Shown in pieces: positions 34,701-44,792 of a stretch of 64,000 bases of DNA. The number at the start of each line of letters is the position of its first letter. Position 1 is the stretch's first letter. The stretch is from the NCBI GenBank assembly GCA_965644315.1, contig CBFFRQ010000053.1:62001-126000 (forward strand), given 5' to 3'. Under the pieces are notes generated by a model. The model did not search any database. It was given only the letters and a program-made list of their open reading frames with translations, and had not been told where the DNA came from. The stretch comes from Caecitellus pseudoparvulus. Lineage: Eukaryota > Protista > Bigyra: Bicosoecida. A program made the translations under genes and the position numbers.

Positions 34701-35899
34701 AGGGCTTCCTGACGCGACTGCACACCAACAGGAACAAGCGCAAGTCGCAGGCGCTCCTTCGACACATGCTGCCGTCTCCGTGGCACGCACTGTCTATCAT
34801 GAATGGACAGCCCGTCGTAGAGCACTTGCAGCATGTGACCATGTTGTACAGTGATATTGTCGGGTACACGGCCTTGTCCTCTCGACTCTCAGCGTCAAGC
34901 CTCATCAAGCTGCTGGACCAGTTGTATCGAGCATTCGATAGTCACCTTGACGCCCTGGGCCTGTACAAAGTGGAGACCATCGGGGATGCCTTTGTCGTAT
35001 TGGGGGGCGTGAGGCAGGTCCGTGGGGCTGGGGTTCCCGTGAACACCACCTCCGTGTCCATGAACCGCTTTTCGCAAGCTGCTTGGGGATCCCCGAGCAC
35101 CCCCCAGACAGCCCACATGTTGCAGTCCCCCGCAACCATGGGGCTGACGTATGACCACGCAGACTCCATTGGACACGTTTCCATGCTGCAGCAGGCTGTC
35201 ATGGAGAGCATGCAAGACTCCCAGCACGATGACTCCCTGGGCTCAGGGAGCTCTGCCCATGAGAGCCCAACTGCGAGCAGACACCCAACCGAAGCGGTGG
35301 CCTTGCTGGCCGCAGCAATGCTGGATGACATCAGACGCATAGGGCGAGCTGCAGGGTTCCCCATTGAGATGCGCATTGGCATCCATGTCGGCAGCGCAGT
35401 CGGTGGTATCATCGGCTGGAGTCGCCCCCGGTACTTTGTCTGGGGATTCGACACTGTCATTGGCAACGCCATGGAGTCCGAGGGTGTTCCTGGCCAGATC
35501 ATGCTGTCTTCCGCAGCTTCCACCGTGCTCGAGCAGCTGGGAGCCTCCATCGACTCCCCCAGGGAGGTGCAGGTCCAGGGCACAGTGCAGCACACCCACC
35601 TTCTCCGAGCTGTGTGCGGCAAGCATATCGAGCGGCCCGACGGGGGGGGCGCGCCCAGTGCTGCGCCTCTGGAAGTTACCACCGGCCTGCAGTTAGGGCG
35701 CGCAACCCCGCCCACCCTTGCTCCTGTGCCTGAGGCACTGGCGCAGCAGCAGCAGCTGCCGCTCCAAGCTCCAAGCGGCTCGCCAGGAGGCGGGGACCTG
35801 GAGGACGAAGAGCAAAATAGCCACATAGAGGTAGAGGAATGGACCGGGCTCACAAGCAGCGATGTCCTATCTCGCGAAGGCCCCCCGGCCCTGGGCTAG
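31769..35899 (+). CDS. Membrane class III nucleotidyl cyclase with two TM clusters and two cyclase domains
   Basis: TM block, C1 (GIHSGP, IFGDTVNFASRL, LKGKG), TM block, C2 (SDIVGYT, KVETIGDA, RIGIHVG); intronless. Confidence 0.9.
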   Translation: MAARPAGGGTRAKPRGLAREHSMLRAINNIKLGKPSIAPEGRLTRKEAAWCLPGHLGCWQAVQRQPAVPDLANLTMGHLSRHGISGTFRSGWVEALFQEYQNSKSRAWPSAVWAGLCLTCFVWELFMVIPHCSSRSASVLITLRLSGLLAAMLHLGMFRCWQYSPRRWAWHAQAHWALQSLLLMLVTLSMKDTEVPLTGRVPQAHIGLSKVLQPYDGDQGILALLSVTCLSALLHLSGMPPLHGIGISCFDILGTYIPASIQEERYSLGMFCSTLAMVLLPAGVAVAREAQRRRLFRALLLLSADARRAMLLVNGMLPKHIRAVLEGEPPAVAAPGLQPIAFDAVDRNVERERQEAHERTAQAPHATPSRLTDTQRGPSDAACSRGGQPVMAPVPSTLSPMSAAGSFFSRAAALMSPGRTTVSVGGLRKEDFHDAEDWLSETAAEEEEDGARLGHNVELLSEASYAPVHPQSSIAFSHEDVAVCFVYVLDLAGISSQNDPLSMVSGLNRLYSEFDRAVESAGAYKLLAIADMYLFMCNAPTPSPAYAKTTVRVAHKLLSIAARPRHTIGERKLSIKAGIHSGPLAAGMIGTHSRNYHIFGDTVNFASRLCSTSDAGKLQVSAAFMHSWRQQDPSADKQHHVHSRGRVFLKGKGLQETFWVASRMSQEGSEDSSNTGSSVAETQAARRRRQWALRSLSTRCLSNPTQLLHTLQGPRATDKLPLESLTALAANPIATRLKRVLRNSEVHASFTSCDYEHDQQEQMVTVNTEPQHVLTGRFLDPMLELLFRKTQAQTVMKHFVHFMVTFQTPAWLLAAVYTLNWAFPHLTQYPRTSEHLGFLIFGYVICVPYLGLIILYKLGNHAKWLLRHCQVIVRCGFWAQLVLGMASITLADITRAELVYATVVVVILQLVAAQTSIDQHYAVPGQAALASFWAGLALASFLQHSSTARELGVCGLAILTTTICSCVGSLQQLHGARQGFLTRLHTNRNKRKSQALLRHMLPSPWHALSIMNGQPVVEHLQHVTMLYSDIVGYTALSSRLSASSLIKLLDQLYRAFDSHLDALGLYKVETIGDAFVVLGGVRQVRGAGVPVNTTSVSMNRFSQAAWGSPSTPQTAHMLQSPATMGLTYDHADSIGHVSMLQQAVMESMQDSQHDDSLGSGSSAHESPTASRHPTEAVALLAAAMLDDIRRIGRAAGFPIEMRIGIHVGSAVGGIIGWSRPRYFVWGFDTVIGNAMESEGVPGQIMLSSAASTVLEQLGASIDSPREVQVQGTVQHTHLLRAVCGKHIERPDGGGAPSAAPLEVTTGLQLGRATPPTLAPVPEALAQQQQLPLQAPSGSPGGGDLEDEEQNSHIEVEEWTGLTSSDVLSREGPPALG

Positions 35900-36220
35900 T
35901 CCACGCGGGGGGGGGGGCGCAGTGAGGCACCGATAGGACACTTCCTGGCAAAGCGCGTGCGACACCAGTCACTCAAAATAAAGAACGCCCTCGATTCAAA
36001 AAATAGGGGAGTGCACTCAACCCTTCTCCATGCTCGTATCAGCTACTTGGCGGGTGTTTCTTTGCTTCGGTTGCCTTGTGCACTGCAAGAGGCTGCCTCC
36101 GAACAGCTGACTTGCCGGTGCAGACTGCGGAAGTTGATTTGCCTCCTCCGCCGGCAGCATCAGCCCGCCCATCCCCAAGGGCAATCCAAGTGGGATCAGG
36201 AGACGTGATCCACACCAAGC

Positions 36221-38112
36221 ATGCGGCGAGCTACCTCGGGAAGTTCAGATCGAAGCCAGTCGGTGTCAGTCCTGAACCCTCTGCCAGACGACACCAGCGC
36301 TGGAGGAGGGGGAGGCGAAGAAGCAGCTGCCGGGAGTCAAGGGGATATGCACGACTCCCGCGCCATGTTCTCGGCAACATCGCTCGCATCGAAGTTGCAA
36401 GGGCTACAGAGGAGGATGCCTGCCTCGCTGTGGTGGATGCGCAGCGTGAACCAGTTCAAGACGGTGAGTGCAGAACGAGCCACAGCTTGCCGACGCCCAG
36501 AGCTTTGTCACCCAACCGATGACCCCGCTGCAAGCCCCAGGTGGTCTACGTCGAAGATGAAGACACGGTCAGAGTTGGCTTTTGGAAGACAGTGATGTTC
36601 GCCGGGCTCATGCTGGTCAGCCTCGCCACATACGTGACGGTGGCGTACGTTTCCAGCAACCAGCAAAGGCCTGCCATTGTAAAGACCCAACCGGCGCCAG
36701 ACCTGGAGACGTACACCAGACTCCTGGACACGTCCACGACACCCCCAGTGTGCGCCTGCTCCGCACAGGGTGATGTGCTCGTCAGCGACGCCATCAGCTG
36801 GCACCCGCCAACGTGGGGAGACTTGCTGCGGGGCAGCACGGGTCGCGCTAGTAAGCTAGCAGGCCTGGCCATGGCAGAGGACCTGGGAATTCAGCTGCCG
36901 GCAATCATTCATGAGGTGTCAGGAACCTCCTATCCCAACCCGAAGTGTGACGCCCTTCGCCCAGCCATGGCGTTTAGTGAAGCGGCGTGGGCCAGCAGCC
37001 GCCGCCTGTCCAACTCACAGCGCTGTGCCGCAGCCATCACCAAGCACATTTGGCTGACAACGGCACCACTTGTTGAGCGAGACTCTGTGCTGGGGCAGCG
37101 CCTGTTGTCAGGAGCGCTCCCGCGCACTTTGCTCACGCCGACTACACTGAACATGACCATCCAACGGGCTGTCGTGGCGAGCACTGTGGAGCAAGCGGGG
37201 GATTTCGTGGCACACATGCAGAGCATTTTCCAGGGCAGGGCTTTTTTTAACCCAAGTGGGCCTTTGCAGGTGAAGAAGTACATTGACGTGTGGGAGGCAT
37301 GCGCCATTCCAGGCACAGAGCATGATGCCTACGCCGACAAGGCTGGCTGCAACTGCACGGACAACAGCCCCTTCTGCACTGCTGAGATGTGGGCCGATCC
37401 CTTTCATATATACCCCAGCAGCGAGCGGCCAAGTTGGGTGCTGGACCGCCCAGTGCGCATCGGCTGCTCCAGCACCGACTTCCTGGACTCGCAGCTGACG
37501 CCGGAGTACTATTTCAGGAGCCCTGCTTTCTATGGCCCACACGGCCTGAACTGCAGCACCCCCCCGCCTCCCGTGGATCCCATTTTCCCTGTGCACTTAC
37601 GCAACGCGGAGTCTGACGGGGAGTGGTCGTATCGACAGCCACTGCCTGGGTCCACACAAGGCAACCCGGAAGGCTACGCTTCCTTCTCGGAGCTGCTGTG
37701 GCTGCCCATCAGCAGGCTATCTCTGAAGCTGAACGTGTATCAGCGAAGCATACCCCTTCGCCCTGATCTGTACAGCTTAAACTTCACTCAGTACTTCCAT
37801 GCCTGTGCCCCTATTTCCTGCACGTACACCGAGACCCAGCCGCCCCTGTCCATCCTGTCCGTGTTCATCAGCGCCCTCTCCCTCATCGGAGGCTTGCAGA
37901 TATTCTGGAGGTCTGCTGTTGACATCAGCTTCGACTCTGTGCGCAGTTGCTGCTGCAAAGCTTCAGCCAACGCGCAGAACACGCTCAGCACCTTTGCAGC
38001 GTACTCAGAAGGCCGCATCCGAAGCCGGGTGCGGCGAATGAAAGGTGGCCAAAGTGTGAAGCAGCAGCGTGAGGAAGAGGCCATGCAAGGCCCGGTCGTC
38101 TTGCGAACGTAG
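36221..38112 (+). CDS. Uncharacterised 2-TM protein with a large Cys-rich extracellular loop
   Basis: ATG 36221, intron 36464-36540 (GTGAGT..CCAG). TM1 FWKTVMFAGLMLVSLATYVTVAYV, about 400-aa loop with Cys and N-x-S/T sites, TM2 ILSVFISALSLIGGLQIFW. Confidence 0.75.
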
Positions 38113-38202
38113 CGAAGTGGGAAAGCGCAGCGGCAACCTTCCCCTGCTGAGTCTTCCAGCCTGTGGGCGTGAGGCTGTTACTTGGAGTGCATTGGTGGCA
38201 CA

Positions 38203-41200
38203 TCAGGGTTCTGCTTGAGGCGCAGGCCCAATGCCGGCTGCAGCCAGACGTGCTTCCAACTGCTGTGACAGGGCAGCCGAGACACTCGCAGCCACTCGTT
38301 GGGTGATCGCCTCGGTCATCGCCTGCACGTGGTCCGAGGAGGCAGCACCGTGTTGGCGCTTGCGGTGCGCAGACGCCGCGCTGCCTGTGCCTGCATCCAG
38401 CTCGCTGCTGGCACTCCCGCCGATGGCGTCCATGGCGACTGCATCAACACCATCCACTGCCTTGACTGGCGTGGCCGGCTTGTGGTGGGAAGGGGTGGTG
38501 CTGGCGGCACCCCTTCGCTCCCCCCTCGGCAGGGAAACAAGGGAGGGGGCAGCTGAGCTTCCATCACTGTCTGCGCCGTCCTGGAACGGGGCGTGCCTGG
38601 AGGACGAGCTTCCTCGGGGCGTAGGCAAGGTGCCCTTGCGCAATGCACGCACTTCAGCCCGCACGGACTTCAGCTCAGACATCAGCCCCCGCACGAGGCT
38701 CGTGAGTTCCTCCACACCACGACGCGCAGCTGCTGCGTCTTCAGAGATGCCCGCCACCACTGCCGGTGACACGCCGCTTGCAAGGGCCTGCGAGCCACCC
38801 ACACTCGCTTGAGACAAAGCTGCAGCAGCGACTGCCTGGAACTTGCTCCGCCCCGTGCCTTTCGAGAAGGTCGCAGCAGGTGCTGCCGGGCTAGCGGTGA
38901 GGCTACCTGACTGCCGCATGGCCGTCACACGAGCCTTGGCCACTGGGTTGTTGGCGAGGATGTGCTCTGTGACACGGTTCTTGCGGTCGCGTTCGGGGTC
39001 TGCCTTGGCTGCCGCGCCGCCCCCTCGCGCCGCACCGAAGATGCTGTGCCGCGCTCGGTTTACCCGAGGAGTGGGCTTGCCCGCTGGCGTAGGACCACCT
39101 CTGCCAGCACCTGCGGGAGCCGGCACACCTGCGCCACGGGACCGACTGCTCACAGTGTGCAAGTCCTTGCCCTCCCCCGCCGCGGGCGCCCCTTGCAGAG
39201 GCGTCGCAGGCATGGGGCTCGCAAATGGTCGCCGACTTCCAGCCGCGCCCGCACCGGCCGATGAAACGCTGGCAGTGCGCTTCATGCCGCCCTCAGCCTG
39301 GGCGCCTGCCGCCTGCACGCTGCTAGGGAGGCTGGGCTCCGGCCCCGCTGAGACCATGGACGGCGCCGGGGCAATGCTCGCCGAGCCTTGCATGCCGTGA
39401 GAACGCATGAGGGCGACGAGGTCCTTGATGGAACGCTTGCCCGAAGACTGGGGCGTTAGGAGGGACGCCCCAGCCCGGCTGCCGCCTGCAACGGAAGTGG
39501 GCAGGGAAGGCGTGTGGGAGGGACCATGTGCAGAGCGGGCCTGTGGGGAAAGAGGTTCCGCTGCCTGCGCCGTGACGGCGGGCGTGCCTGTGCCCACTTC
39601 AGACGCAGACTGCACCGACGAAGCCGCGTCCTCGCTGATGGTGCGCAAGTCGTCTGGGATGGCATCCACAGCTGGCACGGCCCGCCAGCTGCCTTGGCCG
39701 CCCTCGGGTGGCATGGTGCGTGACTGCAGAGAGGTGGACTCAGCATCCGCTTCCTGCAACAGAACGGGGGGGGCGCCTGCCTTGGCCACCATCTCCTTGA
39801 CAGACTGCCCAGGAGGATTACCAGCCCGTGGCCGAACGTCGGGGTCCAGCTGTGCGAAAGACTTCTGCTTGGCCTGCTGCCCTGCACTGGCAGACGCGGC
39901 CTTGAGCATGGCAGGAGTCAGCACGTGAGAGCCATCGTCGGGAAAGTCCCTGTCGTCCGGGCTGTATGGCGTGCCGTACTCGTCGTACTCGTACTCCTCT
40001 TCTTCCATGTTCTCCTCCTCCGTCGCAGCGGCATACTCAACTGCAAACTGAGCACCGAACACAGTGATGGGCAGGGCCAGCACCAGGATGCCCGCCAACA
40101 TCACGAGGACTCCAACCAGCTGCCCCACCGTGGACGTCGGCACCATTTCACCATACCCAACTGTCGTTGCCGTCACGATGACGTACCAGAAAGCCATGGG
40201 GATGGAAGTGAAAGGCGTCGGCTCCTTGCCATCGCCTGTGAAGGTGGTGCGCATGTACACGCCGGTGGCGGCGTCGTACTCGCCTGCCTCAGCAAAGAAC
40301 ATGATGGAGCCGAACACGACGACACCAATGGCGATAAAGAAGAGTAGGAGCCCCATGGCATCGGCACTGGCCATGATGACACGCCCCATCATCTGCATGC
40401 CCTTGCTGTACTTGCTCAGCTTGAAGATGCGGAAAATCCGCGTGAGGCGCAGAATGCGAAACACTGTCAAGCCCACGCCGCCTGTCGATGGCAGGGCCCA
40501 CTCAATGTAGAACGGCAAAATTGCCAGCAGATCAATGAGGTTGATGGGAGAGCGTAGGAAGTCCCAGACTTTGCCGGGCGTGTCGCTGCGGCACAGTCCG
40601 CAGCAGGTGCGATCGTACACGGGAGGCGGCGGCGGCGGCAGGACCTCCCACCACGCCTTGTTGCTGCTTGCAGGTGCAGGAGACGCAGACAGGGTCGGCT
40701 TGGGGCCTTCATCCAGACCCGTGATGCTGTCATCTCGCACAAGGAGCTGGGCGCCGCCACCACCTCGCTGCCCGCCCTTCAGCCCGCCCTTCAGCCCACC
40801 CTTCTCGCCTCCAGTGCTGGGGAAAGGCGCTGAGCGAAGTGGGGTTTCGACACCACTGCGTGGTGCCTTACTGTCTTCCGCTGCTGAAGCGCTGTGGTGG
40901 GAGTCAGCGCTACGATGGGGGCCGTCCACGCCTGGCGCACCTGCCGGGGAGCTGGCCCGTTCCTTCTTTCCGCCTGGCGAGTCTGGGCGATCGCCGACGT
41001 CGGAGGGACGCCGCGTCTGTGCCTCCTTCATGGCCTTCTGCTGCAGCTCTGCCATCCAGGCATCCCGTGCCTTGCGCTGGCGCTCCTCAGCCTCTTCTGC
41101 CACAGCGGCAACCAACGCACTCTCCATGTGCACAGTGAAGGTGTTCATGTCCACCAGCTCCTCTGTGGTCACGTTCGCTGACACAGTCAGCAGTCGCGCG

Positions 41201-42528
41201 AGGTACTCAAACGTGAAGACGCCCACAGCAACGGCCTCAATGATGCCAAAGACAGGGCTCGGGTTCCCATCCACCTCTGTTTGGATACGGTAGGTCGGGT
41301 ACGATTCCACGATGAAGACACAGGCGCTGATCATGATCATGACCATGACCATGATGCTGAATAGCTGGGGCACGCGCCCTGTGCTGGGCTCGCTCAAGGT
41401 CAGGTACGTCAGGTGCCGGAAGTGCCGGTGCCACTTGCACGCATGCCACGCCCAGTGGGAGCAGCGGGACGCCTCTGGGTCCAGCTGGGCCGTGTCGTAA
41501 GGAGCCATGCCTCCTGGGTACCTGTGCCTGGCTTGCACTACGAACTTGTAGTACCGTGTCCATGTGTGTTCGTACGCCAGGGACACAGGGTCCAGCTGGG
41601 GCCACCAGTGGGACTTGCTGCTGGCTCGCCGCTGCCGGCGCTGTATGTCTTCCACTGACAGGAAAGACATGGATGCCGGGCGGTGGTGACCCTCCCCCCA
41701 CTGGGACGCCGAGTCAGGCAGGTCGTGGTACGCATCGGCCGCTTCGTGGGAGTGGGTGGAGTGCGACGACAAAGAGGAGGATGACGAGGACGAGTCAGCT
41801 ACGTGGTGTGGCGGACGCGAAGGCTCTTGTCCTGGAGAAATGGACCTCCAGGCACTGCCCCTGCTCTTGCCAGCGCCTGGCAGGCTGTGGTCGGACGCGA
41901 ACTCGTCCACGCCGCCGCCAATGCGTGCCCCTGCATCTGTCGTGGACTTCTCGTCACTGCCCAGGGACTGCACAGACAAGCGACTAGCCTTGCGCACCAT
42001 GATGTGCAGGCGACTGGAGGAGCCCAGCTCCTTGGAAGACCCGCCATCTGACAAGTCGAGCAGCCGGCTGGAGCTGGTGCGTGGGCCCAGGTCGCTGGAG
42101 CGCCTGCTGTCACGAAACTTGCGGTTGGTGCGGAAACTCGAGTGCACTCGCCCCGCAGCTGCCGCTGTCGTGTCAGGTGTGCTGCCTGCACCAGCTGGGG
42201 AGTCCAACGCATCCAGAACACTGCGACTACGGAACTTGGGCCTGGACACCCCTCCTCGATGTGACCGGTCCACAGGGGAGTCCTTGTCCACTGCCACGGT
42301 GGGCTTCTTTCCAGCCAGGGCTTGTCCCAGAGCTAGCACACCGTTGGTTGGATGCCCTGCTGCAGGCTGGTGGTGTTTGTGGTGCCTCGCCCGACTGCGG
42401 TGCCGCCGAGCTCTGCGCTCGCCACCGCCCCCGTCAGTACTGGAGTCCGAACTGATGGCCGCAGCTGCGGCCGTTGCTGCATCTGACGATCCACCATCTG
42501 ATTCATAGTCGTCTTCAATGTGCCCCAT
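38203..42528 (-). CDS. Voltage-gated potassium channel (Kv-like, 6TM)
   Basis: S1/S2 (FIVES..VFTFEYLARL), S3 NLIDLLAILPFY, S4 RILRLTRIFRIFKLSK, pore TATTVGYGE, S6 LALPITV; long low-complexity termini; intronless. Start could lie slightly upstream. Confidence 0.93.
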   Translation of the reverse strand: MGHIEDDYESDGGSSDAATAAAAAISSDSSTDGGGGERRARRHRSRARHHKHHQPAAGHPTNGVLALGQALAGKKPTVAVDKDSPVDRSHRGGVSRPKFRSRSVLDALDSPAGAGSTPDTTAAAAGRVHSSFRTNRKFRDSRRSSDLGPRTSSSRLLDLSDGGSSKELGSSSRLHIMVRKASRLSVQSLGSDEKSTTDAGARIGGGVDEFASDHSLPGAGKSRGSAWRSISPGQEPSRPPHHVADSSSSSSSLSSHSTHSHEAADAYHDLPDSASQWGEGHHRPASMSFLSVEDIQRRQRRASSKSHWWPQLDPVSLAYEHTWTRYYKFVVQARHRYPGGMAPYDTAQLDPEASRCSHWAWHACKWHRHFRHLTYLTLSEPSTGRVPQLFSIMVMVMIMISACVFIVESYPTYRIQTEVDGNPSPVFGIIEAVAVGVFTFEYLARLLTVSANVTTEELVDMNTFTVHMESALVAAVAEEAEERQRKARDAWMAELQQKAMKEAQTRRPSDVGDRPDSPGGKKERASSPAGAPGVDGPHRSADSHHSASAAEDSKAPRSGVETPLRSAPFPSTGGEKGGLKGGLKGGQRGGGGAQLLVRDDSITGLDEGPKPTLSASPAPASSNKAWWEVLPPPPPPVYDRTCCGLCRSDTPGKVWDFLRSPINLIDLLAILPFYIEWALPSTGGVGLTVFRILRLTRIFRIFKLSKYSKGMQMMGRVIMASADAMGLLLFFIAIGVVVFGSIMFFAEAGEYDAATGVYMRTTFTGDGKEPTPFTSIPMAFWYVIVTATTVGYGEMVPTSTVGQLVGVLVMLAGILVLALPITVFGAQFAVEYAAATEEENMEEEEYEYDEYGTPYSPDDRDFPDDGSHVLTPAMLKAASASAGQQAKQKSFAQLDPDVRPRAGNPPGQSVKEMVAKAGAPPVLLQEADAESTSLQSRTMPPEGGQGSWRAVPAVDAIPDDLRTISEDAASSVQSASEVGTGTPAVTAQAAEPLSPQARSAHGPSHTPSLPTSVAGGSRAGASLLTPQSSGKRSIKDLVALMRSHGMQGSASIAPAPSMVSAGPEPSLPSSVQAAGAQAEGGMKRTASVSSAGAGAAGSRRPFASPMPATPLQGAPAAGEGKDLHTVSSRSRGAGVPAPAGAGRGGPTPAGKPTPRVNRARHSIFGAARGGGAAAKADPERDRKNRVTEHILANNPVAKARVTAMRQSGSLTASPAAPAATFSKGTGRSKFQAVAAAALSQASVGGSQALASGVSPAVVAGISEDAAAARRGVEELTSLVRGLMSELKSVRAEVRALRKGTLPTPRGSSSSRHAPFQDGADSDGSSAAPSLVSLPRGERRGAASTTPSHHKPATPVKAVDGVDAVAMDAIGGSASSELDAGTGSAASAHRKRQHGAASSDHVQAMTEAITQRVAASVSAALSQQLEARLAAAGIGPAPQAEP

Positions 42529-43594
42529 GGTGATGCCTGTGCCAGAGGGGCGCAGAGGCGCAATGTGCTTCAGCATGCAATGCCCCAAGAGCGCGGTGGA
42601 GCCACCACCCGCCGGCGCGCGCGTGGTCACTCACCGAAGTTTGAATGGCCCCGCACACGGGATGTGGAGTGCACGCCGCCTTGGACATCCTTGCCAGCTG
42701 TGCTGCCGCGAGTTGTCGTGCGTGGGGGGCCCCCCCGTTGTCGCATGGACTGGGCCCGCGCTGGCACTCTCCGTGACTGAGAGCCGCCGGTGGGGGGCGA
42801 CGGACCAGGCTTTCCGGCCTTGCCCCCGGCGCCTGCGCCACGATTACTTGCGCGGGCTAGCCTGCACAAGAGTGGGAATCATAATGGTGAGGGTGACAGC
42901 TGGCGCCTGGGCCTGCAGCGCGCGGAAAGCGGCCGCGGCAGTGGCGTTACGCGGTCAGAAACGCCCCACCGCACAGCCAGACACGCTGCCGGGGAATGCA
43001 CACAAAGCCCCCACGCCTGCCCACTGAGCAATGGCACTGTCATCACACCAATACATCGCCCTGGCGCTCATGGACCACGCTTGACAGGGAGGTGGCAGGC
43101 CACAGACACACTGACAATGCTACATCGCAGAGCGACCAGTTGAAACTCACTGCGCGAGGGCGCCTCCGTACATGCTGGCTGAGAGAGCAGGCAGCGGTGT
43201 AGACAAATGCCTGCCAAGCAGATGAATGCTTTGCCCCTCGAGTTGCTTTCCCTGCCGCTGGGGGAGCAGCTATGCTGCAAATTCGCGCTGGACGTGCTTT
43301 GTCCGCAGCGTCTGAATGGCAGCAGCAGCAGCTGTTGCCTTCCGCACACCCCCTGCCAGCGAGCGTGGTGAGCGCAAGGAAAACAGGCAGTTAAGGGGAC
43401 ACGCTGTCCGACATCGCATTTGGGAGGGGGGCACTTGCCCATGCACATGAAAGTGGGACCGCCGTCTGTGTGCGGTTGACACCCAAGCGCGGCACGCTCG
43501 TGCCGGCTAGCAAAGCCTTCAGGGCGCAGTCCCCGGCATCACAACACGCGTGCATTGAGTGCAGCCACAACAAGAGGGCGCCAGGAGTACCTGC

Positions 43595-44316
43595 TCAAAG
43601 CCCGTCTTCGTCTGAAGACACCTCATCATCCTCCTCCGCCGCAGCAGCCTGGTCTGGCTTACGCCCCACCATGGAGAACTTGACGATAGCTCGGCCCACA
43701 GCACCTGCAACGGGCGCTCGCACAGAGAGTGGCACTTGGAAAAAGCAGCATTCATCGCTCTCGTCACTCACCGATCCAGTTGTCCTTCTCCTCCTCGCTG
43801 TCCGCGTACATGAAGAAAGTCTGGTCAGGGGTGGCCACTTCGAAGGAGTACTTCTTGCCCGTCTTGTCGGAAGCGCTCTTCACAGTGAGGCAGCTGGACA
43901 GGTCGATGACGCCATGAGGGGCCTCCTGAGGTATTCAGCAGCAACAGCGGCAGGAAGGTGAGCTCGAGGTGCTGTCTGTCCGGAAGCCCAGCGCGCTCTG
44001 GCGCACGGGTGCCCCTGACGCAAGCACGAAGTACACACCTCAGGGGTCTTGCTGAAATGCAGTTGGTTCCCGATGAGCTTGAAGTACCGGCGGCGCCAAT
44101 CCTTGAGCCACACACCTGCGTGAAGATGCGCAAGCGGCAGCGTGGCTGCTTCGGAATTTGCTACTGTCGCCAGCACAGAAGCGCACTTTGCTTGGTGAGG
44201 AAGCCTTCCTTGTCGACCTGGGCTGCTTGAGCCGCAGAGGAGGAGCCTGATTCAGAGGGTGGGGCGTGAGACGTCCCTGCAGCCGCCTGTGCGCGCTGCT
44301 CTGTGGTGGCTGCCAT
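43595..44316 (-). CDS. Small PH-domain protein (AtPH1-like)
   Basis: Spliced: KEGFLTKQ|SVWLKDWRRRYFKL..PE|EAPHGVIDLSSCLTVKSA..FFMYADSEEEKDNWI|GAVGRAIV; three introns. Confidence 0.88.
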
Positions 44317-44792
44317 TGGGCGCTGTTCCCAGGGGTGGCAGCAGGCTGTTGCGCGAAGCGCCGTGCACAGCAGAGCAACCCGGTGCAGACAAGGATGGCC
44401 ACGCTGCTCAAAAGATGGCCCCGATAAAGTCGTCGTCCCTGTGTGCTCGTGGCTTGCAGCACTTGCCCGGGTTGTTTGGTCGTGTCGTAGATTTGGTGAA
44501 GACTGTGCTCTGTGCTCGCAAAGTGCCGCGGCACGAGCGAGCAGGCGCCCCCGTCACCAGAGCAGCGGCTGCTAAGCAGTGGAACCTGACAAGCAAGCGC
44601 AAATCAACCAGCACAGCAAGGTGCGCTGCACGATTGGCCTTCGGCTGCAGCAGTGCATTGGGAACCCTACAGTACCAGGGAGCCACAAGTCTACTGGGTG
44701 CTGCCGGGGCAGCTGCGAGTCACACCGGCTCGTCCCTCCACGACCCCGCAGCTTCCCCAACACAGGCACAAGAGGTAGGCAGTCTTGCAGCA

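Noticed and set aside
35907-35917. Poly-G runs (also near 54024-54035, and poly-C near 4880-4902) as regulatory G-quadruplexes
   Set aside because: Isolated homopolymers in GC-rich DNA with no supporting evidence; lengths may be sequencing artefacts.
42630-43500. Short ORFs upstream of the Kv gene
   Set aside because: No recognisable domains or coding-like composition; most simply the Kv promoter and 5' UTR.
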